Below, piece by piece: positions 55,620 through 64,000 of a stretch of DNA of 64,000 bases; position 1 is the stretch's first letter, and every line of letters starts with the position of its first letter. A program made the translations under genes and the position numbers. The notes under the pieces were generated by a model, which was not told the DNA's origin, searched no databases, and saw only the letters and a program-made list of their open reading frames with translations. The DNA is from a virus, in IMG/VR virus record IMGVR_UViG_3300004369_000643, positions 38,595 through 102,594 of that record; one strand, 5' to 3'.

Positions 55620-56543
55620 ATGTCAGGATATAAGAGAAGTTCTAGGCACAAGATTCTCACCCGAGAGGAAGAAGTTATCTTGGGGCGTGCTGTTGTTGAA
55701 GGACAGCAGGCCGCTAAGGAGTTAAACGACGCCCACATTGAAGGTACTACGTTAGATTTTGCTGAACGCCGCAAACTTAATGCTGCTGTTCGTGAAGGTA
55801 AGCGTGCAAAAGACACATTTGTGGAGCATAACCTTCGACTCGCTATGGACACCGCTTCCAAGTATGCTAGGTCTCAAACCCGTATGGAATACGAAGACCT
55901 GATTCAAGAAGCAACTATCGGGCTTATGCGTGCTGTAGACAAGTTTGATCCCGAGCGTGGATTCAAGTTCTCCACGTATGCCACGTGGTGGTGCCGTCAG
56001 GCATGTCAGCGAGCAATTGCTAATTACGGTCGTGCTATACGCTTACCTATGCACGTTGAAGCAGATGTACGTAAGTTGGTGGCTGTTATTGACGAGTTCT
56101 CCACACATCAGGACGATATATCTAGAGAACAGGTTGCAGACTTTTTAGATTGGGACTTTGACTACTTAGAAGAAATTTGGCAACATATGGAAACTTCTAG
56201 GCTAGAATCTTTAGATAATCCTTTATCTGAAGATAGTGGTGTTACTTACGCTGACACTCTTGTTGATGGTAATCAAACACCTGTCGATGAAGTTGGAACA
56301 GAATCTTCATTTGCTAGCGATATCCTTAAGGCGTTGTCGATTTTACCCGAGCGAGAATACAACGTACTAGTAATGCACCACGGTCTTGCAGGTTTACAGG
56401 AGCCTATGACACTTCAGGATATTGGCAATCAGATGGGTTTGACTCGTGAACGTGTTAGGCAATTAGAGGCTAAGGCTATTGCCAGACTTAGGCACCCTTC
56501 GTCTGGCGTTGCGTGGGCGTTTACACAAGACGACGAAAACTAA
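55620..56543 (+). CDS. RNA polymerase sigma70-family factor (RpoD/RpoS-like, no region 1.1)
   Basis: LTREEE; NLRL; DLIQE..IGLMRAVDKFDPERGFKFSTYATWW; IRLPMH; TLQDIG..MGLTRERVRQLE. Confidence 0.93.
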   Translation: MSGYKRSSRHKILTREEEVILGRAVVEGQQAAKELNDAHIEGTTLDFAERRKLNAAVREGKRAKDTFVEHNLRLAMDTASKYARSQTRMEYEDLIQEATIGLMRAVDKFDPERGFKFSTYATWWCRQACQRAIANYGRAIRLPMHVEADVRKLVAVIDEFSTHQDDISREQVADFLDWDFDYLEEIWQHMETSRLESLDNPLSEDSGVTYADTLVDGNQTPVDEVGTESSFASDILKALSILPEREYNVLVMHHGLAGLQEPMTLQDIGNQMGLTRERVRQLEAKAIARLRHPSSGVAWAFTQDDEN

Positions 56544-56585
56544 TATTTGCGTTACTGTTCAAATAGTGCTATACTTGTAGCCCTA

Positions 56586-56669
56586 GCCCCCGTGGCGGAA
56601 TAGGCATACGCAGGAGACTTAAAATCTCTGGCCCGTAAGGGCTTGTGGGTTCAAATCCCACCGGGGGTA
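56586..56669 (+). tRNA. trnL: tRNA-Leu, anticodon TAA (no encoded CCA)
   Basis: Acceptor GCCCCCG/CGGGGGT; anticodon arm GGAGA-CTTAAAA-TCTCT; long variable arm GCCC-GTAA-GGGC; T arm GTGGG-TTCAAAT-CCCAC; promoter TTGCGT-17-TATACT upstream. Confidence 0.95.
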
Positions 56670-56689
56670 CTGTTACTGAAAGGAGTATT

Positions 56690-57232
56690 ATGAACATATT
56701 TGTAGTAGATCAAGACCCTGTTACAGCGGCTAATTCGTTGTGTGATAAGCACGTACCTAAGATGATCGTAGAAACAACCCAAATGCTTGTTTCCGCTTTG
56801 CGTCGCCACGGTGCATCAGATGACGATGTTCCTTTAACTAAGTCAGGTACCCCTCACAAGGGCGGTTATCCTAATCATCCTGCTACCCGCTGGGTTGGCG
56901 ATTCTCGTACCAACGCCGAATGGCTAGTGGAGCATGGGTTTGGATTGTGTTCCCAGTTTGAAATGCGTTTCAATAAAGAACATGCCTGCTTTTCACAATT
57001 GCTAAAAATTGTAGACAACCTAGATTTCATTCCCGACTATGGCCTAACTGATGTTGCGCTGTGTGTTGGTGAAGAACTTCAGAATGGTCGTACACATGCG
57101 CCTATTTCTGATGCTGTACAGGTCTATAGAAATTTCTATAGAATAGACAAGGCTGAGTTTGCCAAGTGGGACAAGGGTGTTAGCGCTCCTGTCTGGTGGC
57201 AAACTAGCGAATTAGTTGACACACGAATTTAA
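56690..57232 (+). CDS. Pyrimidine-dimer DNA glycosylase (DenV-like)
   Basis: MNIFVVD.DP...A..LCDKHVPKMIVE..QML...NHPATRW...YRNFY...K; SD AAGGAG. Confidence 0.78.
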   Translation: MNIFVVDQDPVTAANSLCDKHVPKMIVETTQMLVSALRRHGASDDDVPLTKSGTPHKGGYPNHPATRWVGDSRTNAEWLVEHGFGLCSQFEMRFNKEHACFSQLLKIVDNLDFIPDYGLTDVALCVGEELQNGRTHAPISDAVQVYRNFYRIDKAEFAKWDKGVSAPVWWQTSELVDTRI

Positions 57233-57250
57233 GAAAGGTATTATATATCC

Positions 57251-57421
57251 ATGAATGAAATTAACATTGACCCTAATTTAGTAATTGCCGACTTACTTGA
57301 GCAGATTAAGAAGTTGTCAGGAGACAACGCTGTTTTGCGTGTCGCCATGAATCAACTTCAGAGTCAAAATCAAGTTAGTGAGTTACCTGATACTGTTGTC
57401 TCAAATCCCACCGAAGACTGA
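57251..57421 (+). CDS. Small coiled-coil protein (56 aa, not in ORF track)
   Basis: TTGACA(57216)-17-TATTAT-6-ATG; MNEINIDPNLVIADLLEQIKKLSGDNAVLRVAMNQLQ... Confidence 0.68.
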   Translation: MNEINIDPNLVIADLLEQIKKLSGDNAVLRVAMNQLQSQNQVSELPDTVVSNPTED

Positions 57422-57458
57422 TAATTTCTTCAGTATAATATAACTGAGGAGGTTTGTT

Positions 57459-57803
57459 ATGTCTGCTGGTTCTTATAATATTACGTGTGAGCAAGGTGCT
57501 ACGTTTAGTAGAACTTTGACTATTAAAGACAGTAATGGTGATGCACGTGATCTAAGTGATTATACTGCTCGGATGCAGGTACGTAGGCGTGTATCTGATA
57601 CAGCAACTCTAATTGAGTTGACTACTGAGAATAGCCGAATTACACTCAACGAAAATGGGCAGATTGCCTTAAATCTAAGCGCCACTGTAACATCTGGCAT
57701 AACTGATGATGGCGTATACGATTTAGAAATCATTGCATCTGACGGCACCGTAGAAAGAGTAGTTGAAGGATCTTTCGTACTTTCTAGGGAAGTGACAAGA
57801 TAA
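57459..57803 (+). CDS. Beta-sandwich virion protein (BppU/LtfC-like)
   Basis: YNITCEQGATF...DLSDYTARMQVR...GVYDLEI...VERVVEGSF.LSREVTR; SD GGAGG. Confidence 0.72.
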   Translation: MSAGSYNITCEQGATFSRTLTIKDSNGDARDLSDYTARMQVRRRVSDTATLIELTTENSRITLNENGQIALNLSATVTSGITDDGVYDLEIIASDGTVERVVEGSFVLSREVTR

Positions 57804-58024
57804 TGTTTTCGTATAATCACGATATTCTTGCAGACGTTGTTTGGAGTGAGTATATTGCTGTCAAAAAAGAAAACTTTGATCTACTGTGTCAGTTAGAAAC
57901 CGCCAAACAGACTGTTGAATTTCTACGTGGAGAAATCCGTGGGCTGTCGGAGACTATTAAAGATTTGCAGTCTGATGCTGATGGAAGTGTAGGCGGGCAT
58001 GAAGAACCTGAACTGGAACGTTGA
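57803..58024 (+). CDS. Hypothetical coiled-coil protein
   Basis: Translationally coupled 73-aa ORF. Confidence 0.5.
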   Translation: MFSYNHDILADVVWSEYIAVKKENFDLLCQLETAKQTVEFLRGEIRGLSETIKDLQSDADGSVGGHEEPELER

Positions 58025-58331
58025 CGGGCATAGAGTTGTTTTAAACATAACTAAAAGCACTGTTGACATTGCCCCCGGAATCTGCCCCAATGGCGCAGTA
58101 GAGGGGGCTTCTTGTTATCATGCCGGTGTCGGTGGTTGCTTAGTTAACTACTTTATTAATGTTTTTGGCTTAGAGACAAACACCGGTACTGTGCCTGCTT
58201 CCCCCTATATTGAAGTTGCGTGGTGCTCTGAGGGTAGCGAGTGGGATATTGATCTAGTTGAATTTATTATGATACCGGTGGACGATCCTTATTTTAAAGA
58301 TTGGCTAGATTCTCAACAAAGTAGTGCTTGA
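57999..58331 (+). CDS. Hypothetical protein
   Basis: 110 aa ORF with Cys/His cluster. Confidence 0.55.
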   Translation: MKNLNWNVDGHRVVLNITKSTVDIAPGICPNGAVEGASCYHAGVGGCLVNYFINVFGLETNTGTVPASPYIEVAWCSEGSEWDIDLVEFIMIPVDDPYFKDWLDSQQSSA

Positions 58332-58386
58332 GAAGACCCATTATTTTTCGGTAGAATGATAGTAGAAGTTTTATTGGAGGAGTACC

Positions 58387-58692
58387 ATGTCACATGTAGG
58401 GCTGTCATACCCGTTTAGAGTCGATCACGCCAACAGGCGATTTGGTACTGTGTCAAGCACTACCGATACATATAAGGCTGAACAAATTCAGGCTTTTATT
58501 CGGACACATAAAAACGAAAGACTAATGTTTCCATCATTCGGTATTGTTGACCCCACGTTTGACAGGTTTGATGTTAGTAGGTTCTCTGAAGGCTTCAACA
58601 ATTTCTATAAGAGTAGCGATATTAAAATTACGAGAATCAGTACATCTTCCTTTCAGGGTGCTGTCACTGACGTGTTAATTGATTTCGAGTGA
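58387..58692 (+). CDS. Baseplate wedge / sheath initiator (gp25/gpW-like)
   Basis: GLSYPFR...IRTHKNERLMFPSFG..DP.F; precedes gpJ. Confidence 0.8.
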   Translation: MSHVGLSYPFRVDHANRRFGTVSSTTDTYKAEQIQAFIRTHKNERLMFPSFGIVDPTFDRFDVSRFSEGFNNFYKSSDIKITRISTSSFQGAVTDVLIDFE

Positions 58693-58699
58693 GGGTATA

Positions 58700-60325
58700 A
58701 TGGCTGATTCACCTGACGTTAAAAAGTATGTAGACTTAACAGTTTTTGATGAGAACCCTACTACAATCCTAAACGATATTCTTACTACTGGTCGTGGACT
58801 CATGCCCGAGTGGCAACCTCAGGTCGGCCAGATTGAGTTAGTTCTAGCGGAAGCGTTTGCTGTGCGTTCAGCAGAGGTTGCTAATGCTATCAACCGTGTG
58901 CCCGCTGCTACGACTGAAGTTCTGTTACAGTTGTTTGGTCTTACTCGTTCTGACGGTGTTAAGGCTTCGGCTACTCTTAGCCTTACTTTTACTGAGACTG
59001 CAACTTTGCCTGCTGGGACTGAATTTTTGTATGTTAATGCCGTGACTGGTGTTTCTTATATTTTCACACTAGACGAGGATGCTACACTGACTTTGGTTTC
59101 TCCTGCAGAGACTGTAACTGGCACTTTTGCTGTGACCGCCCAAACGGTTGGAACTGCTTACAACTTTTCTGCCGATGATGCATCAGTTGTACTTCTGGCA
59201 CGGACAGCATCTTTCTTAGAGTCAGCGTCTTTTGCTACAAGTCCTTCAGGTGGTACTGACGCAGAGTCTGACACCGCTTATTTCAGTCGTGGCGTTAACC
59301 TTCTAGCAAGTTACACTTCCGCCACTACTACCGCTAGCCAAGTTAAATACTATGTTTCTGCAAACAAAACTTACGCTAATCGTGTTGGCGTGTTCAACCG
59401 TCGCCGTTACCGTGACCGTGATACGACTGCCACGGCATACGGCTTTCATGACGGTGCCGTTCTGGTAGCGGTTGGTCAAACTGTTTCCAATGCTGCTTCT
59501 GCTTCGCAGGAACTTTCCGTGTCTGCAAGCAATTTAAATGATTTATACAACTCTTTAGATGAGCGCACTCCGTCGGGCTTGACGATTGACGTGATGTCGG
59601 CTGAGTTGGCTGAGGTTGATGTTACTGCCACTGTTCAGAAAAAGACTGGGTATACGGGAAGTACGGTTCAAACTGCTATAACTAACGCATTAAAATCCTA
59701 TCTTGATCCCAACTTGTGGGATTTTGATCACCTCACGGTTCGGCGTAATGAAATTATCTCTTTGATTGACAGCGTTGAGGGTGTAGATTACGTATCGTCC
59801 CTAACGATGAACGGTAAAACTTTATCTGGTTCCGATAATGTGGGGTATTTCACAGACAGTGGTGGCTCTAAGGCTTCCTTTACCATTGATGTTGCGAGCG
59901 CAGCCGCAACGACTACCTACGTTGAGGGTGCGGCATCTATTTTTTATGTTGATTCTTCTGGCCCGACAGTTACTCCAGTTATCTATTTGTTTTCGAATGC
60001 AGAGTTTACTACAGACGGCTCTGGTGCCGCAACAGGCGTGACATACACTGCTGTGGCTAATGGTCTTAATTATAACGATCAAACTCGTGGAGGCGCTATT
60101 GTAGACGGAACCACATCGTTTACGGCTGTTACAGGAGACTGGTCTGGTTCTACTCATTCTAGCATTACATTCAGTAATACTTCTACTATCAGCGGAGGTA
60201 GTGCAGACATATCAACTTTCACTCCGTTAAATTCAGACTCAGATTCAGCAGTGTCTACGGATATTGCTTTAAGAAATCTGGGCACACTGGTAGTATACGG
60301 TGAACTTTCTATAACAGTGGTGTAA
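58700..60325 (+). CDS. Baseplate J-like wedge protein
   Basis: PEW.P..GQIE..LAEA; LLQLFGLTR; TLPAGT; GGTDAESD..Y. Confidence 0.85.
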   Translation: MADSPDVKKYVDLTVFDENPTTILNDILTTGRGLMPEWQPQVGQIELVLAEAFAVRSAEVANAINRVPAATTEVLLQLFGLTRSDGVKASATLSLTFTETATLPAGTEFLYVNAVTGVSYIFTLDEDATLTLVSPAETVTGTFAVTAQTVGTAYNFSADDASVVLLARTASFLESASFATSPSGGTDAESDTAYFSRGVNLLASYTSATTTASQVKYYVSANKTYANRVGVFNRRRYRDRDTTATAYGFHDGAVLVAVGQTVSNAASASQELSVSASNLNDLYNSLDERTPSGLTIDVMSAELAEVDVTATVQKKTGYTGSTVQTAITNALKSYLDPNLWDFDHLTVRRNEIISLIDSVEGVDYVSSLTMNGKTLSGSDNVGYFTDSGGSKASFTIDVASAAATTTYVEGAASIFYVDSSGPTVTPVIYLFSNAEFTTDGSGAATGVTYTAVANGLNYNDQTRGGAIVDGTTSFTAVTGDWSGSTHSSITFSNTSTISGGSADISTFTPLNSDSDSAVSTDIALRNLGTLVVYGELSITVV

Positions 60326-60334
60326 GGCGGAACT

Positions 60335-63300
60335 ATGTCCCATAGAATTATAAACGCCTTTTCCAGAAAAAACCGTAACTTTGATGATAACAATAATTTT
60401 GTTTCAACTTATGCTTCTTTCAAGGTTGACGTAGACACTGATCTGACATCCGAGACAACTTTTGCTGCCGGTGATGCTAGCATTTCATTTACGGACTCTG
60501 GCACCGGTGTTGTTTACTATTACGATAACGCTGAGTTCACTACTGACTCTTCTGGTGATGCAACTGGTGTGATGTACACTGCTACTGTTGCCGGTGCAAC
60601 CGAGAATGACACCAACTATGGTGGTTATGTCACAGCGGGCACGACCAACTGGGACAGAGTTTCAGGTGACTGGTCGGGTGTATCTACTACCACGTTCTCT
60701 AATACTTCTGCTATTTCGGGCGGTGCTATTGGAAACGGTGAATGGAAGATGCTTGGCGGCAATCGTGGTAATTCTATTAAAGTTGTTGATTTGCCTCTGT
60801 ATCCAACGTACATTCCTACTAATGCTGCACCATACACGTTGAACACTTTTCTGGTGGGTGCCTACGATGCATCACCTTCTAATGATATTGTTATAGTTTC
60901 TCCCTTTGTTGCTGTTGAGGATGGGAAAGATTTTTATGCGGGAATTGCGACAGTTGCAGTTAACGCCGATTTTGACTTTACTGTAGATGTTGAGTTTTCG
61001 GCTAATACCTCAGGCTCAGTAGAAGAAGTTTTAACACATACAACTACTCCAGCGGCTTCTAGAGTTGTAGAGGGAAAAGCCGTTCCACTTTATCGCTATT
61101 TTAAATCACCGATTGGCACCCAGTTTGCTCGCTTAAAAGTTACTATTAGTGGTGCTTCTTCTTTGTCTTCAGGCGATCTGTGCGGCTTGTTTGATCCCTT
61201 TATTACTTCGATTGGTGCTGGCGAGATGGGCGACTTTTCGTATAGTTTTTATAATTCTTTACCGTCGTTCATGCTACTTGATGATTTAAACATTAACGAT
61301 ATTTTGTCGTCTTCGGCAGGAAATTCAGTACAGGGTCATCAACCTTTACGTAGATTTGTTGAGACACTATCAACAACAGTGGAAGAAATAAATGAAGAAG
61401 TAAAAGAATTCAGGTATGATCGTGCTGTCGATGGAGTTGTACACAAGTCTAAACTAACTAACCCAGATACTGCTAAAGCGGCATATTTGTTTTGGCTTTC
61501 TCAGGTTACCGGTTCTTCACTGTTGATTAACTCTAGCGGTTTTTCACCTTGGGCGGCTCTTGAGGAATACGAGGGTGCCCCCGTTTCTGGTGATCCCGGT
61601 GAATGGGAAGATTTAGAAACTTTAGACGACTGGTTGACCTTACAAGATGTTGACCCTGACTTTTTTGACACTACTCAAAGTTTTAGAAACCAACTTCGCA
61701 CAGGTTTCAGTGGATTAAATGGTGGTCGCCCTGACACTATTGAAGCGTTTGTTCGCACAATGCTTCAGTCCGAAACTTCAGCAACCGATGTGGTTGTTGT
61801 CAGAAACGAAGATATGGATAACCCGTTTAGAGTTGAAGTGTTGGTTAATCCAGACTCTGACCCTGATCCAACTGGCACACTAGTAGCAGACGCTGTTAAT
61901 AACGGACTATCTGCAGGAACTTATGGAACTACAACTGGTGAAGTTATGCAGTCAGGGCGGGGTACCTACAACTTCTCTGAAGTTGTGTACCCAAATACAG
62001 AGTCTGATGAGAATGCTGCTGGCTCTGTTATATATGGTCAGCCCCTTATTTCCGATTATGACAACCACGCCAGACACATAAAGTTAAATACTACTTCAGC
62101 GTCAGCAACTATACCTGATCTTGGTGGTGGTGTCGCTGACAGTCACTTTAGCAATAATTCTGCATATTTTTATGGTGATGTAAGTTCTTCAACTCCGGGT
62201 TCTGTAACTACAGCGTCAAGCAGCCTTGCAGATTTGGGTGCCGCTACGTCTTACGATGTGATTGCTATTCTTAGTGACGTTACTCCACCAACAGCAGGGG
62301 TTTATACCGCCGACACGGTTGGAGCACTAAACGCTCCTGAGCCTTTCTTTTTTAGAGAAAAGCGATTAATAGTTTCAGGTACAGATTCTTCTGGCTCAGA
62401 TAATGACTGGGCATTATATATGGTTTCCGGTAGAACCGCTTCATCAGATAATTCTGCACGACTGCTGTTTGTTGACGGATTTAATGATGAAATCTTAACC
62501 AACCTTGCTTATTCTGATCCCATTGACGGAACAATATTTACACAGCATAAAGATATTTGTATTAGGTTCACAAAAGACTCTTCCGACAACTACACTTTCG
62601 CTATTCAAAATTCCCTACACGATGATTGGTCCGACAATACCATTGGTACCGGTTCTTTTATTCCCAGTTCATCTGCGGGTGCATCCGATTCAGGGGTTCA
62701 AGTTCTAGGTGAACTAGATAACAGTTTGTGGTCTGACGCTACCCCGTTATCATGTTCAGTAAAAAGAGTTATGATTTTTAACTCAGAAATAGTGTTCCCC
62801 GGAGAAAGTGACACCTCGTCGGCTGACCACGCTGTTGTAAACGGTGATGCTGTAGATGACTACGGGTTGTTTAAGTATACACCAACTATAGATATTGATT
62901 TTAGGTCTGTATCAAAGTATGCTTCATCGTTTAATGCAACCACATACGATTCAGGCAATACTTCAAGTTTGACTACGACTGTTAATTCTGCCACGTCTAA
63001 CGATATTGATGTATTAGCAATGCGTAGACACCAAACATATGGGTCGCTGTGGCATTTTGGTAACACATATGGTACCGGAAACGGTGACGAGTTAGTTGTT
63101 TCAGGGTTGACTTCCGGCACATATGACTGGACGGTTTTCAAGATTACTCCAAGCACCGGCGCTATCGACAGTACTAGTACAGGCACTACTGGTGCAGGAG
63201 TGACTTCGATAACGTTTAGCGCCGATGACTATAGTGGCGACACTATTTTGTCTATTGAAGTTGTTGCAACTGGCGACTCATTCGGTACCGGCGTGTCTGC

Positions 63301-63964
63301 AGGCTCTAACCCTGTAGCATTTTTCCAGTATAACACTATTGATACTATTGACAGCGATACAGAATCTAGCGGTACGGACGATCATGGTGGAACTTGGGCT
63401 TTAACACGTGGGTGGCCTACAGGCGGCACGTATTCCCCAAGTCAGCCTATCGATAAGGATATGATTCATATGTACGAATCGTCTCCTGAAATTGCCAACT
63501 CCCCCAAGTTGGAGCATTGGTCTCCGTTTTCAGTAGCAATGCAAATTAGGAGATTCTGGACAGGTACTGAAGGTGTAGACACTTTTGATATCTTAAAAAT
63601 TCAGAACGAGGATGGGCATGGTTTGCACGTATACTACGATGGCGCTAAACTAAAAGCGGACTACACTGATGGGACTCAAACTGAATCTGTGGAGTGGACT
63701 GAATCAACGCCTGACTATGGGGCGTGGCATAGGGTTGTTGTTCGTAGAAATGGTTCTCATTTAAGTTTGGTGATTGATGGAACTAGTGCGGATACTGCAG
63801 ATATTGCTCTAAGTTCTCCTTTTTCAACAGAGACTAGTTTAGCATCTTTAAATGAGGGGGCGCTAAATTCATGGGTACCACGGTTTGGTTTAGCCCATTT
63901 TGGTTTCTTCTCTAGGTACCTTGAAGATAATGAAATAACGCTTCTTGAGAGCGAAATTTCGTAG
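60335..63964 (+). CDS. Baseplate gpI-like / receptor-binding protein with beta-sandwich and C-terminal LamG-like domains
   Basis: YNSLPSFM..DD; LTNPDTAKAAYLFWLSQVTG; WHRVVVRRNG..LSLVIDG...FSRYLEDNEI. Confidence 0.7.
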   Translation: MSHRIINAFSRKNRNFDDNNNFVSTYASFKVDVDTDLTSETTFAAGDASISFTDSGTGVVYYYDNAEFTTDSSGDATGVMYTATVAGATENDTNYGGYVTAGTTNWDRVSGDWSGVSTTTFSNTSAISGGAIGNGEWKMLGGNRGNSIKVVDLPLYPTYIPTNAAPYTLNTFLVGAYDASPSNDIVIVSPFVAVEDGKDFYAGIATVAVNADFDFTVDVEFSANTSGSVEEVLTHTTTPAASRVVEGKAVPLYRYFKSPIGTQFARLKVTISGASSLSSGDLCGLFDPFITSIGAGEMGDFSYSFYNSLPSFMLLDDLNINDILSSSAGNSVQGHQPLRRFVETLSTTVEEINEEVKEFRYDRAVDGVVHKSKLTNPDTAKAAYLFWLSQVTGSSLLINSSGFSPWAALEEYEGAPVSGDPGEWEDLETLDDWLTLQDVDPDFFDTTQSFRNQLRTGFSGLNGGRPDTIEAFVRTMLQSETSATDVVVVRNEDMDNPFRVEVLVNPDSDPDPTGTLVADAVNNGLSAGTYGTTTGEVMQSGRGTYNFSEVVYPNTESDENAAGSVIYGQPLISDYDNHARHIKLNTTSASATIPDLGGGVADSHFSNNSAYFYGDVSSSTPGSVTTASSSLADLGAATSYDVIAILSDVTPPTAGVYTADTVGALNAPEPFFFREKRLIVSGTDSSGSDNDWALYMVSGRTASSDNSARLLFVDGFNDEILTNLAYSDPIDGTIFTQHKDICIRFTKDSSDNYTFAIQNSLHDDWSDNTIGTGSFIPSSSAGASDSGVQVLGELDNSLWSDATPLSCSVKRVMIFNSEIVFPGESDTSSADHAVVNGDAVDDYGLFKYTPTIDIDFRSVSKYASSFNATTYDSGNTSSLTTTVNSATSNDIDVLAMRRHQTYGSLWHFGNTYGTGNGDELVVSGLTSGTYDWTVFKITPSTGAIDSTSTGTTGAGVTSITFSADDYSGDTILSIEVVATGDSFGTGVSAGSNPVAFFQYNTIDTIDSDTESSGTDDHGGTWALTRGWPTGGTYSPSQPIDKDMIHMYESSPEIANSPKLEHWSPFSVAMQIRRFWTGTEGVDTFDILKIQNEDGHGLHVYYDGAKLKADYTDGTQTESVEWTESTPDYGAWHRVVVRRNGSHLSLVIDGTSADTADIALSSPFSTETSLASLNEGALNSWVPRFGLAHFGFFSRYLEDNEITLLESEIS

Positions 63965-64000
63965 TAGAATATTTGTAGGAAAGGACTACTCTCATGGCTG

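Noticed and set aside
56645-56689. Track start of the glycosylase ORF at 56645
   Set aside because: It overlaps the tRNA T arm; ATG 56690 has an SD and matches the family N-terminus MNIF.
102-63186. The many short antisense or alternate-frame ORFs in the track (e.g. 12779..13381 -, 15707..16228 -, 25118..25609 +, 38768..39274 -)
   Set aside because: They are fully nested against well-supported genes and lack SD/promoter or recognisable motifs; they are shadows of codon bias.
36734-63964. Bacterial contractile injection system or tailocin rather than a phage
   Set aside because: Complete head, packaging, replication and lysis genes are present in the same window.
1-64000. Alternative genetic code or stop-codon reassignment
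   Set aside because: TAA, TAG and TGA all terminate conserved genes at expected positions, and coding density is high under code 11.
63994-64000. Gene start at the window end (SD AAAGGA, ATG GCT G)
   Set aside because: Only two full codons are visible, so it cannot be assigned.

Overview
The whole window is a segment of a large, contractile-tailed (myovirus-type) dsDNA bacteriophage genome with an HK97-fold head. No host genes, integrase, CRISPR array or IS element were seen. The host is inferred to be an actinobacterium, plausibly Acidimicrobiia, from the ferredoxin and AhpC types, pervasive leaderless sigma70 promoters and a tRNA-Leu(UAA). Gene order: (1) a modification/auxiliary cluster (PhyH-like oxygenase, NinG/HNH, SAM methyltransferase, ParB, IbrA/YbdN-like PAPS-reductase family, IbrB-like ParB, MazG, DUF932); (2) an inverted ferredoxin + terminase large subunit pair; (3) portal, MuF and prohead protease; (4) about 13 kb of modular head-associated proteins, including a 2796-aa polyvalent protein with GNAT-like and HipA/PI3K-like kinase domains; (5) major capsid; (6) class II RNR, AhpC and a candidate ncRNA; (7) neck genes and a 1031-aa protein with three ADP-ribosyltransferase-fold domains; (8) sheath, tube, chaperone, tape measure, hub and a spike-fibre fusion; (9) lysis genes; (10) exonuclease, GMPR/IMPDH-family enzyme, Pol A, sigma70, tRNA-Leu and a DenV-like glycosylase; (11) baseplate wedge genes. 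Most notable: a candidate programmed -1 frameshift (C CCT TTA with an upstream SD-like GGAGG) that would fuse the portal to a MuF domain, using the UUA codon read by the only tRNA in the window; a putative capsid cargo system of shared small tags and E-x-K|[A/S/G/R/D] protease sites delivering Lys-poor enzymatic effectors, each followed by small candidate immunity genes; and apparent avoidance of AGCT, CGCG and CCWGG. All family assignments are from motif recognition by eye; no database search was run.
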